Shown here piece by piece: positions 43,857 through 52,009 of a stretch of DNA of 53,968 nucleotides. The first letter of the stretch is position 1. Each line of letters begins with the position of its first letter. The translations under genes were made by a program, and so were the position numbers. The stretch covers positions 1 to 53,968 of IMG/VR virus record IMGVR_UViG_3300049020_000042; one strand, written 5' to 3'. The notes under the pieces are model-generated. The model searched no databases. It saw nothing but the letters and a program-made list of their open reading frames with translations, and was not told the origin of the DNA. The DNA comes from a virus. Taxonomy: Duplodnaviria > Caudoviricetes.

Positions 43857-44111
43857 ATGTCGTTAGTTCGCTTCATTATTCAATATCAGAACACTGACGG
43901 GTATACGTTCTTCTGTACCGAGACTCGTCCGGTGGAATATTCGTCAATCCCAGAATTCCTGAACGACTTTGAGTTGGCTGCGATCAAAGCCTATACTCAA
44001 GACCTCGATACCATTTCCGTAGGTCGGTATACCTTCCCGATCAACGCCGGGATAGAAGATGGTGAATACTACGCACCACAAACCATCACCCTTGACGAGT
44101 GGTTCCGATAG
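43857..44111 (+). CDS. hypothetical protein
   Basis: AGGAGG RBS; PVEYSS, TLDEWF; extended -10 at 43824. Confidence 0.75.
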   Translation: MSLVRFIIQYQNTDGYTFFCTETRPVEYSSIPEFLNDFELAAIKAYTQDLDTISVGRYTFPINAGIEDGEYYAPQTITLDEWFR

Positions 44112-44156
44112 CCAAAAGGTGTTATAGTACAGACCATATTCAATAAGAAAGAAATT

Positions 44157-44684
44157 ATGAGTCTGTATAGCGTTGATGTTGAAGCTGATGGCCCTTGTTC
44201 TGGCCTCTACAGTATGGTTCAGGTTGGGGCTATCAAGGTACAACCAGCTCTGGATCAGACATTCTTTTCCACATTGAAGCCAATCACTGACAACTGGATT
44301 GATGAAGCTCTTGCTTCTTGCAATCTCACTCGTGAAGTAACGTTGGCGTACGACGACCCGCAGACGGCTATGATCGCCTTCCGGGACTACGTGTTGAACA
44401 CCACGGTTGGGAAACCAGTATTCATCAGTGATAATCCAGGTTTCGACTGGCAATTTGTCAACTACTACTTCCACTATTATCTGGGTGACAATCCCTTCGG
44501 ATTCAGTTCACGTCGTATCGGTGATGTTTTTAGTGGTTTGACTAACAATTGGCGTGGTGCCTCGAGATTCAAGAAGTTCAGAACGTTCCCCCATACCCAC
44601 AATGCATTGGATGACGCGAAGGGGAATGCGTCAGCAATCCTGGGGTTTGCTGAAAAATACAAACTTGAAATTGATTATGCCTGA
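44157..44684 (+). CDS. DEDDh 3'-5' exonuclease
   Basis: SVDVEADG, DNPGFDW and HTHNALDDA. Confidence 0.9.
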   Translation: MSLYSVDVEADGPCSGLYSMVQVGAIKVQPALDQTFFSTLKPITDNWIDEALASCNLTREVTLAYDDPQTAMIAFRDYVLNTTVGKPVFISDNPGFDWQFVNYYFHYYLGDNPFGFSSRRIGDVFSGLTNNWRGASRFKKFRTFPHTHNALDDAKGNASAILGFAEKYKLEIDYA

Positions 44685-45000
44685 CTTTCCGGACATGATA
44701 CAATTCAACAATGACTTGTATATCAGTGCCAGCAACGTGCAAAACTTCATTGACGCGTATTATGGCGTTGATGTGATTCCCAAGGCATCATCGGAAACAA
44801 TGAGTGTTTTGGTGACACCTGAGATCAGATTTCATCTATATACCGTATGGAACAACCCAAAAATAAAAAGAGGTTCCACTACTGAAATCTGTCGGTTAGA
44901 GTTCCTTAACCCCAGCAACCTAATTATCCTCAAGCTGGCACAATCTGATTATATCAAAGATTACGATAATTTACCAGATCACTTCATAGGCCCAGAATGA
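44677..45000 (+). CDS. small protein, motif family
   Basis: RLEFLNPSNLIILKL; start at ATG 44677. Confidence 0.6.
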   Translation: MPDFPDMIQFNNDLYISASNVQNFIDAYYGVDVIPKASSETMSVLVTPEIRFHLYTVWNNPKIKRGSTTEICRLEFLNPSNLIILKLAQSDYIKDYDNLPDHFIGPE

Positions 45001-45221
45001 AATTCAAAGTAATGGAAGGCGAGTCTATCGTCATGACTAAGGATTTCTTTCTGGAGTTGCTCTCTGAATTTGACACAGACAGTCAACACAATGGCGCCGT
45101 ACAGGAATTCAAAAATCGATACGGTGCGAAAAAGGTAACAGTGGCTACATGTTTGGTGTTACTGGAATTCAATTCTCCGGAAGAAGCTGTTCAATTTAGA
45201 TTGGGTTTACCAAATGGATGA
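44997..45221 (+). CDS. small protein, FExxxDxxxFKL-motif family
   Basis: VLLEFNSPEEAVQFRL. Confidence 0.7.
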   Translation: MKFKVMEGESIVMTKDFFLELLSEFDTDSQHNGAVQEFKNRYGAKKVTVATCLVLLEFNSPEEAVQFRLGLPNG

Positions 45222-45531
45222 TTTAGAAATCGAAGAACACATTCAGAGGTGTTTGGTACATAGTCGATGGACTGGTAGAGGAAGTTTGATTGCACCATCT
45301 GGTCTTTTGGATTTCATGATCTATAAACAGACTCGTGGATTCCCCAAACATTCACCGGTCCTTGAGTTCAGGGAAATTTTTGGTCTTAGGGCATCTCGCT
45401 GGGTGGACAATTCAATTCCATGTGTGATCATTAATCTTTCATCAGATGATGAAGCTATGTTATTCTTCCTGGCAACGGGAGCTAGAAAACCAAATGCGAA
45501 AAAAGATCGAAGATCCAAGCAAACCTCATAA
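45214..45531 (+). CDS. small protein, motif family
   Basis: IINLSSDDEAMLFFL. Confidence 0.6.
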   Translation: MDDLEIEEHIQRCLVHSRWTGRGSLIAPSGLLDFMIYKQTRGFPKHSPVLEFREIFGLRASRWVDNSIPCVIINLSSDDEAMLFFLATGARKPNAKKDRRSKQTS

Positions 45532-45892
45532 AAATTGGGTTCATGCCGCCCAATCCGGCCTTCCAATCAAAATGACGGTTCGGGTTGCATTAGATCTCAC
45601 CCAATTGAAAGAGATTGGCCTCGATGATCTGGTAGTTGCTAAAAATTGGATTTTTGCCCATCAGATAAAATCGAAAATCACCGACATCGTGTACAAAGAA
45701 CTCAATGAGTTTGTGGGAGAGCGAAAGGTTGCGTGGAGGACACTAGCAAACCGACCAGAAAACAACGAAGTTGATTATTTGACTATTTTCATGGCAGATG
45801 ATGATTGGATGGTCACAGCCAAACTCAATGGTGCTATAGTGGCTTCATTACCAAGAACTTTTGAAAAGCTGGAAATCCAAAATGACCAATAA
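45494..45892 (+). CDS. hypothetical protein, DDW subtype of motif family
   Basis: LTIFMADDDWMVTAKLNG. Confidence 0.6.
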   Translation: MRKKIEDPSKPHKNWVHAAQSGLPIKMTVRVALDLTQLKEIGLDDLVVAKNWIFAHQIKSKITDIVYKELNEFVGERKVAWRTLANRPENNEVDYLTIFMADDDWMVTAKLNGAIVASLPRTFEKLEIQNDQ

Positions 45893-46298
45893 GACGCCAA
45901 TTCTGTATATCCTGATGCGTACTGATATGGCCAGTATGAACCCCGGTAAAGCGGTGGCACAGGGATCGCATGCTGCAAACCAGATGCAAACCAGAGTTGC
46001 ATCTGCCACCCAATATATCCAAGACTGTTTCAATGAATGGCAAAACCAAGGTGCTTCTGGGTTCGGTACTGCCATCTGTCTGAGCGTAGACGATAGAATG
46101 ATGCGTCGCGTTATGGACGGTCTCGCGATTTCGGTCATGGCTCCTGACTTTGCTCTGGGTGGAATTGTCCGCGATCCCACTTACCCATTACGCGATGGTG
46201 AAGTAACCCACCTCATCCCAGTTGATACCTGTGCCTACTTGTTTGGGTATAAGGAAGACATTGGGTACCTTGTATCAACTCTGAGCTTGATGTCATGA
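45882..46298 (+). CDS. peptidyl-tRNA hydrolase 2-like protein
   Basis: LYILMRTD..MNPGKAVAQGSHAA, VRDPT and TC. Confidence 0.7.
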   Translation: MTNKTPILYILMRTDMASMNPGKAVAQGSHAANQMQTRVASATQYIQDCFNEWQNQGASGFGTAICLSVDDRMMRRVMDGLAISVMAPDFALGGIVRDPTYPLRDGEVTHLIPVDTCAYLFGYKEDIGYLVSTLSLMS

Positions 46299-46792
46299 GT
46301 GAAATCAAAAGCGCCGTCCGCAAGGTTCGATCTTTCAAAGATCTGATCTATTGGTACCTGGCTCCATCGACAGCCAAGGTCAAGACTCGAATCAGCGATG
46401 GTGAGTCTGCGTTCAGTAACTCTGCGGCTTACATCATGCGGCGCATTTGGTGGGCATACGCGGATCCAAAATACCAAGTTGCATTCATCATCCCCACCAA
46501 CGACTTAATTCTTTCCTTCTTCTCCAAGTCCGCTCCCATGCGGGATGTTCCTGAAGAGATAAAGAAGTCCCTTGTGGACATTATCGACCACATGGGTACT
46601 CGTGGTGAGGACTGGGAAATTATTGATTTTGGTGATCCATTCTTCCATGCATTGGTGACCACATCGGATGATTGGTTGGTAATGGCCCGACTGAGTGGGT
46701 CAAATATGAATATTATCAGAACGTTGTTTAACAACTACATCGAGTACAAACCAGGTTCTGAAATTGCGAAGAGTCGAAAGTCACGCAAATGA
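46295..46792 (+). CDS. hypothetical protein, DDW subtype of motif family
   Basis: ALVTTSDDWLVMARLSG. Confidence 0.65.
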   Translation: MSEIKSAVRKVRSFKDLIYWYLAPSTAKVKTRISDGESAFSNSAAYIMRRIWWAYADPKYQVAFIIPTNDLILSFFSKSAPMRDVPEEIKKSLVDIIDHMGTRGEDWEIIDFGDPFFHALVTTSDDWLVMARLSGSNMNIIRTLFNNYIEYKPGSEIAKSRKSRK

Positions 46793-46801
46793 TGTTTGAG
46801 G

Positions 46802-46926
46802 CGAGTTCCTCAAAATCTACCTGGAGTTTTACGACATCACTTCATCGTTTTTACTACATCGCCTCACCTTTTACGACATATTCGTGAAGAATAGGTAAAG
46901 ATACGTGTGAAAGATTCGTGAAGAAT
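46802..46926. repeat. dispersed element, copy 2
   Basis: Same 24-bp core as 27678-27701; ATTCGTGAAGAAT at 46880 and 46914. Confidence 0.85.
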
Positions 46927-46933
46927 TACCCTA

Positions 46934-47266
46934 ATGTCAAATACACCTAACACCAAAAGATCTCAAAGAATAGGTACATTCACATTAGAGAAATACGATC
47001 TACGTAGAGTAACGGAACTGTTTGACGAACCTCTACCAGAATACGTATGGGAGACTGCACTAGCTAAGACACCAGAACTCGTGGAGTGGTTGGAGACCTA
47101 TGCTTCCAGTAGGTACCACTTCACAACCAGAGGAATAGGCAGTGTTGCTATTATACTCCGTGGACCAAAGCCAATTTACTTACAAATGGAATCAGAGCAG
47201 GATGTACTTCTTCTACATCTCACCATGGGTGATTCCTTGATTCCAAAAGAATGGATTAATCGATGA
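46934..47266 (+). CDS. small protein, motif family
   Basis: WLETYASSRY...IYLQMESEQDVLLLHL. Confidence 0.65.
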   Translation: MSNTPNTKRSQRIGTFTLEKYDLRRVTELFDEPLPEYVWETALAKTPELVEWLETYASSRYHFTTRGIGSVAIILRGPKPIYLQMESEQDVLLLHLTMGDSLIPKEWINR

Positions 47267-47481
47267 TCTTACCTAGTGATATAGGTTCAATTGTCTGGTA
47301 CACGGGTACTGACGATAAACCACATGTTGAAGTCCCCCTCCAATTGATAAGTATCGTGGGGGATGCGGCGTTTCTAGTAGACGAACATGGTGTTGTCTAC
47401 GGGGTTTCCACCTTTAGATGTGCACCCAACAGACCAGGACTAACCCTGGAGCCAATGGACAAACGTCCCCGTTATTGGTAA
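47263..47481 (+). CDS. hypothetical protein
   Basis: ATGA-coupled 72-aa ORF. Confidence 0.55.
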   Translation: MILPSDIGSIVWYTGTDDKPHVEVPLQLISIVGDAAFLVDEHGVVYGVSTFRCAPNRPGLTLEPMDKRPRYW

Positions 47482-47486
47482 CATTC

Positions 47487-47708
47487 ATGAAAACTTATTC
47501 ACTCGACTTGCCGGAAATTCGTACCGGACTCATCACTTCTGTTTCTTTGTCAGATCGCACCGCTATCGTTGATATAGACGGCTGTTCTTACAACATCCCC
47601 ACCACAGTGTGGGAAGCGGGGCCAGGCGCTCTGCAATCTGGTTTTGAGGTCCGGGTATTACTTGCTTATTCCACTGCTACCATCCTGGCTATTTCTGAGA
47701 TCTTGTGA
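47487..47708 (+). CDS. hypothetical protein
   Basis: Start at ATG 47487; beta-rich. Confidence 0.5.
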   Translation: MKTYSLDLPEIRTGLITSVSLSDRTAIVDIDGCSYNIPTTVWEAGPGALQSGFEVRVLLAYSTATILAISEIL

Positions 47709-48488
47709 TCCTGAGGTTCTGCTGGCAGTCTTACCACCTTCTCTCCTGTCCTTGGGTCTGAAGGCAAACTTCAGAAACTCATTGTTCAATGCCACGTCTT
47801 TGTTGTTTGCAATCGGGTCGAGAATCACCAGTTGACCATCGGCTCGTTTCATAACATTCCCCGCATGTAGGTCCAGGTGGTTATCGCCCAGTTCCATGAT
47901 ATCCATGATAGTGTTAACCAATAGAGTCAACACTGGATCAAAGTTCGTCGGATTGTAGGTAAAGTTGGCACCACGATTGTTTTGCATCGCGTGTGTGAAA
48001 CCATTCAGATCTTTGAACAGTGCCTTCTCACAAAGCTGCACTACGTTTTCAAAGTTCACATAACGGTAACTCCCCCATTCATCCTCTTCTTCCTCATCCT
48101 GGAATTCTGGGTGGACTTCCCAACTGTTGCCCGTTAGATGACCCACTGGGATCAACTTTTCCATCTTCACGTATTTGACCACGTCGGGTGCATTACTGGA
48201 TCTAAGGAAGAATGCAGGCATGGTTTTGATTCCACCATGGAACTTTGGTAGGAATTGATTCCCCTGATTCGCCATGCAATATCGGGCGAAAGCTTCATAT
48301 GCCGAATCAACTAACCAGAATTTGTAAACTTCTTCGCCAATCTGAAGAGCCATAGCATGCATCCCCACACCCAGAAGTTTCACAGAATTGAAATTGCCAC
48401 CAAAGAACTTTTCTATATCGGCAGACGTCATGTTTTGAAACTTCTTCACACCGACCATTTCCTCGATTTCACTGTATCGCATTGCCAT
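47658..48488 (-). CDS. protein-kinase-like (PKL/APH fold) enzyme
   Basis: LLGVGMHA Gly loop, VYK, MEKL, HLDLHAGNVM and VILDP; TAAATA at 48509-48504. Confidence 0.8.
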   Translation of the reverse strand: MAMRYSEIEEMVGVKKFQNMTSADIEKFFGGNFNSVKLLGVGMHAMALQIGEEVYKFWLVDSAYEAFARYCMANQGNQFLPKFHGGIKTMPAFFLRSSNAPDVVKYVKMEKLIPVGHLTGNSWEVHPEFQDEEEEDEWGSYRYVNFENVVQLCEKALFKDLNGFTHAMQNNRGANFTYNPTNFDPVLTLLVNTIMDIMELGDNHLDLHAGNVMKRADGQLVILDPIANNKDVALNNEFLKFAFRPKDRREGGKTASRTSGSQDLRNSQDGSSGISK

Positions 48489-48556
48489 TCCCTCACTTTG
48501 TTCTATTTAGACGGAATGGCACGTTCAAACTATAATCACATTCATAAAGGATCAAT

Positions 48557-49057
48557 ATGAACCAACCAATCAACTACAAATTTGTATCCACGAAAGAATA
48601 CGTGGATGCCTATCCTGTCGCCTATCGCCAGTGGCGTGCTGACAGTCATTGCAATCTCATCCATGGATATTCCTTCTCAATGAAGTTTTATTTCGGGACC
48701 AACGACCTCGATGTTCGTAACTGGGCAGCCGACTATGGCGGCCTCAAGGAACTCAAAGGCATCCTGAACGACATGTTTGATCACCGCCTACTGGTTGCTG
48801 AGGATGATCCTGAGCTGGCCTTCTACAAGGAAATGGAAGCTCGCAAGCTGGCAAAGCTGACGATCTTGCCACGACTGGGTTGCGAGGGTCTGGCCGATAT
48901 GCTGTACCGTTATGTGAACTCGGTATACATTCCAGATATGTGGGGCCAAGCTGAAGCAGATCGTCTGTGGTGCTTCCGTGTTGAAGTAAGGGAAACCCAA
49001 GCCAACATGGCCTATCGTGAAGGCCATCGTGAATGGAATGAGGACTTGATTGGATGA
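48557..49057 (+). CDS. queD: 6-carboxy-5,6,7,8-tetrahydropterin synthase
   Basis: SHCNLIHGY, DYGGLK, FDHRLL, GCE and VEVRET. Confidence 0.9.
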   Translation: MNQPINYKFVSTKEYVDAYPVAYRQWRADSHCNLIHGYSFSMKFYFGTNDLDVRNWAADYGGLKELKGILNDMFDHRLLVAEDDPELAFYKEMEARKLAKLTILPRLGCEGLADMLYRYVNSVYIPDMWGQAEADRLWCFRVEVRETQANMAYREGHREWNEDLIG

Positions 49058-49239
49058 AAGATATCAAGGAGAAACTCACCTATGAGGAATGGCGGGCCAC
49101 CATCAAAGTCGATGCATCAGACGAGTACGTGAATGACGTGTTCGCCCTGCATGGAATAGACTTTGAAGCCCAGGTTGAACAATCCCTCAAGGGTGAATAC
49201 CTGATCTATTGTCGGGAATTTGAAGACTTCGACATGTAA
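49054..49239 (+). CDS. small acidic hypothetical protein
   Basis: ATGA-coupled to queD; GAGGA RBS. Confidence 0.6.
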   Translation: MKDIKEKLTYEEWRATIKVDASDEYVNDVFALHGIDFEAQVEQSLKGEYLIYCREFEDFDM

Positions 49240-49248
49240 CCCCAATCT

Positions 49249-49656
49249 TCATTTCTTTTCCGCTCTTCTCTTTTCCGCCCTGGCACCAGCCTCCAGGGCG
49301 GTTTTTGCCTTATGGCATGGAACGCATAACGTTTGGAGATTGGGTAATTGCCAAAACGTTAGATCACCCTGAGCTTCAATCAATGGCTGGATGTGATCCA
49401 GATGCCAACCGTGATTCCGTCTCTCACATTGAGTTCCGCAGGAACGACAGACTCCCTTATCTCTTTTCCACACAACCTTTCTGGCCTCACTGGGCCAGAA
49501 CATAAGTTGATATTCCTTAACGCAAGCTGGATGCCATCTTGCTCTTGATTCCTTGCCAGTCCTAGTAAGACCAATGGCTTGATTGCACCAACGGCATGTT
49601 CCAACCGGAGTGCAATCAAAGTGAGGGGGAAGTGGTGGTTTTCTATGAGCGCTCAT
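49249..49656 (-). CDS. HNH endonuclease with N-terminal Zn finger
   Basis: CRWC, RDKGVCRSCG, LDHIQP and NLQTLCVPCHKAKT. Confidence 0.88.
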   Translation of the reverse strand: MSAHRKPPLPPHFDCTPVGTCRWCNQAIGLTRTGKESRARWHPACVKEYQLMFWPSEARKVVWKRDKGVCRSCGTQCERRNHGWHLDHIQPLIEAQGDLTFWQLPNLQTLCVPCHKAKTALEAGARAEKRRAEKK

Positions 49657-49676
49657 TGGGGATATTTATCCCCAAT
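49655..49676 (-). promoter_or_regulatory. hairpin with late promoter TAAATA, covering the start codon
   Basis: ATTGGGGATAAATATCCCCAAT(G) on - strand. Confidence 0.6.
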
Positions 49677-49679
49677 TTA

Positions 49680-49970
49680 TCACATGAAATCTTTAGGATC
49701 AAGTCCGCTACTGCGCCACACAATTTCAGCAGCGAATTGCCCTTGATGTGTAGCTCGACGAAGTCGTTCCTGGAACGTAATAGGTGGTGAACCTTTGGGA
49801 TCCTGATAGGCTTCCATCGAACCAAGCAGAATCCTATCATGGAATGCACGGCCTTTCTGATCTTCTGCTTTTCGACGGATTCTGGCTTTGTCCACTGCAT
49901 TAAGTGGCGGTAGCCCGAGATCATTTCTATTAGCTTCTACGAAGCGTTGGAGTTGAAGTTTGGGGTGCAT
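49680..49970 (-). CDS. hypothetical protein
   Basis: AAGGA RBS; 96 aa. Confidence 0.55.
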   Translation of the reverse strand: MHPKLQLQRFVEANRNDLGLPPLNAVDKARIRRKAEDQKGRAFHDRILLGSMEAYQDPKGSPPITFQERLRRATHQGQFAAEIVWRSSGLDPKDFM

Positions 49971-50005
49971 AATTCATCCTTTCTAGATGAATGATAGCAT
50001 GAAAT

Positions 50006-50362
50006 TCATTTAACCAAATCAGATTTCATAATCTTCTTTATGATGCCTCGATACTGATGCGGATGTTCGCCACTAAGACTCAAGAACATCTCCCAGTTGT
50101 CATTGGTAGTCCAGAGGTTCATGAACTTTTCACCGTTCATGTCAATCACATATTCATTGGGATCATAGATTGATCCCAAGTATGCCAAGAACTTCAGCAT
50201 GAACATTTGGGGAATCTTAGGAAATGCTGCTGGTGACGTTCTATTCTTGGAGTCACGATAGAACGGGGTTGAATCCACTCCATCACTGCATCGAGTCCTG
50301 GCGATCTGAAAGTAGAAATTCATACCAGGACGGTCAACAAACGGGTTATCACTGATTCTCAT
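50006..50362 (-). CDS. hypothetical protein, DDW subtype of motif family
   Basis: NLWTTNDNWEMFLSLSG. Confidence 0.6.
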   Translation of the reverse strand: MRISDNPFVDRPGMNFYFQIARTRCSDGVDSTPFYRDSKNRTSPAAFPKIPQMFMLKFLAYLGSIYDPNEYVIDMNGEKFMNLWTTNDNWEMFLSLSGEHPHQYRGIIKKIMKSDLVK

Positions 50363-50402
50363 AATACTGAATGAAGTTGATGCGTGCCAGTATACTGCTA
50401 AA

Positions 50403-50810
50403 TCAAATTCTTTTCAATCCCAAGTGAAGATTGTCTGCCAATATTGGGGCATGTTTGAACCTATCATTCACTGACTCAACGGATAGACGAGAATCGATAA
50501 TCTCAAAGAGTTTGTCGTCGTAGACGGTCATCACGTCAACCTTCACACTCAGGTCTGAGATCGAAATCGTTCTCAAATCCTCAATAAGAGCGCCGATCAT
50601 TTTGGAGCATCCAACGGTCCATATACCATCTGGTATATAATCGACAAAGTTTTTCCTTAGTTCGGTAATCGCCACCCCTCTCCGCAGAACTTCTGCGAAC
50701 AAGTTATCTCTGAACTTATCCACACTGGCAGTCATGAAGAATTTGGTATTGAACACCATATGTTCATGTTCGTCATCGTAGGTGCCGTAAGATATAATTG
50801 CTTGTTCCAT
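50403..50810 (-). CDS. hypothetical protein
   Basis: 135-aa ORF. Confidence 0.6.
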   Translation of the reverse strand: MEQAIISYGTYDDEHEHMVFNTKFFMTASVDKFRDNLFAEVLRRGVAITELRKNFVDYIPDGIWTVGCSKMIGALIEDLRTISISDLSVKVDVMTVYDDKLFEIIDSRLSVESVNDRFKHAPILADNLHLGLKRI

Positions 50811-50824
50811 AAAGATGAGAAATG

Positions 50825-50856
50825 ATAATGGCAGGTAGAATTCTACCTGCCATTAT
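50825..50856. repeat. perfect 32-bp palindrome
   Basis: ATAATGGCAGGTAGAA|TTCTACCTGCCATTAT. Confidence 0.9.
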
Positions 50857-50872
50857 ACGACTGAATGATGAA

Positions 50873-51421
50873 TCAATGACTCACTGTTACGTCGATCCAA
50901 TTCTTTTCACTGGTACTTGCTTGGATTTTTAAATGAGGGTACTTGGCCTTGGCAACCTGGATTCGACTATCTAAGATCTTACTCGATTCTCTGGATAGAA
51001 TTTCCCAGTCGTAATCACCGTCATCTTCTTCACCCGGAGGCATCTCCCAAATCCCCCAATGACGCAAACCAAATGTAGCCACCGTGTTATTGCTGTGGAA
51101 GTCTTCCTCCAGTTCTGGTTCACGAACATCCATCCATCTGTCATGTGGATAATTCATCAAGTCATTATGAATTTCATTGGCCACATCTAGGAGAATTTTT
51201 GTATTCTTGTGACTGGGTGGAACAACACTATAGAGACCACGACCGACTTTCTGCCCCGCAATATAACCTGGAACTTGCAATCCATGTTCTGCGGCTACAC
51301 TGAGAATTTCTTCCCTCGTCAGTGAACCAACCCTGCTACCAAACTTCATCTTGGCAAGATCGTGAAATCCTTCTGGAGTTGCTCGCTTCTTGGAAGCTTC
51401 TACGATTTGGCTGTATCTCAT
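50873..51421 (-). CDS. putative head-internal protein
   Basis: MRYSQIVEA leader; TAAATA at 51459-51454; AAGGA RBS. Confidence 0.65.
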   Translation of the reverse strand: MRYSQIVEASKKRATPEGFHDLAKMKFGSRVGSLTREEILSVAAEHGLQVPGYIAGQKVGRGLYSVVPPSHKNTKILLDVANEIHNDLMNYPHDRWMDVREPELEEDFHSNNTVATFGLRHWGIWEMPPGEEDDGDYDWEILSRESSKILDSRIQVAKAKYPHLKIQASTSEKNWIDVTVSH

Positions 51422-51511
51422 GCTATTCCTTACAATGAAAATTGTCTATTGTCTATTTACAATTCGTTTAGGACGTACTTTCATTGTACAATGAATTGAA
51501 AGGAACAAAAC

Positions 51512-51979
51512 ATGAGTGCTCAAATTTTTAAGCCACCGAGATCGGAATATTTGTTGAACAACAGCCCCTCAGTATTTCTAGCTGGGTCGATTGACAATGG
51601 AAAATCCGGAGATTGGGCCAAAACACTCACGGACTCTCTTTCTGATCTGAATATCAACATTCTGAATCCCAGGCGTGATGATTGGAATCCTAACATCACC
51701 CAGTCTATTGATGACCCTACGTTCAATGAACAAGTCCATTGGGAATTGAGGGGCATGGAAGTAAGTAAAACGATTGCGATGTATTTTGAACCAGAATCGG
51801 TATCGCCTATTACCTTGCTGGAATTCGGTCTGTGGGTTCGCTCTGGAAAACTCGTCGTTGCTTGCCCACCTGGGTTCTGGAGAAGGGGAAATCTGGAGGT
51901 CACGGGTGATCGATATGATGTTCCTATCCTGAATTCATTGTCTGAGCTTTCACAAGAAATTAGACGCAGACACTCTTGA
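51512..51979 (+). CDS. nucleoside 2-deoxyribosyltransferase-like protein
   Basis: VFLAGSI, NPRRDDW, QVHWE, SPITLLEFG and FWRRGN. Confidence 0.85.
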   Translation: MSAQIFKPPRSEYLLNNSPSVFLAGSIDNGKSGDWAKTLTDSLSDLNINILNPRRDDWNPNITQSIDDPTFNEQVHWELRGMEVSKTIAMYFEPESVSPITLLEFGLWVRSGKLVVACPPGFWRRGNLEVTGDRYDVPILNSLSELSQEIRRRHS

Positions 51980-52009
51980 TGTGCTGAATAACGGTGTTAG
52001 ATTAGTCAA

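Noticed and set aside
27674-46926. Repeat element as CRISPR array or IS ends
   Set aside because: Only two dispersed copies in direct orientation; no repeat-spacer periodicity, cas gene or transposase.
14754-48536. TGGCA boxes upstream of several genes as sigma54 promoters
   Set aside because: No TTGC at the required -12 position and variable distance to the -10; sigma70/extended -10 explains these sites.
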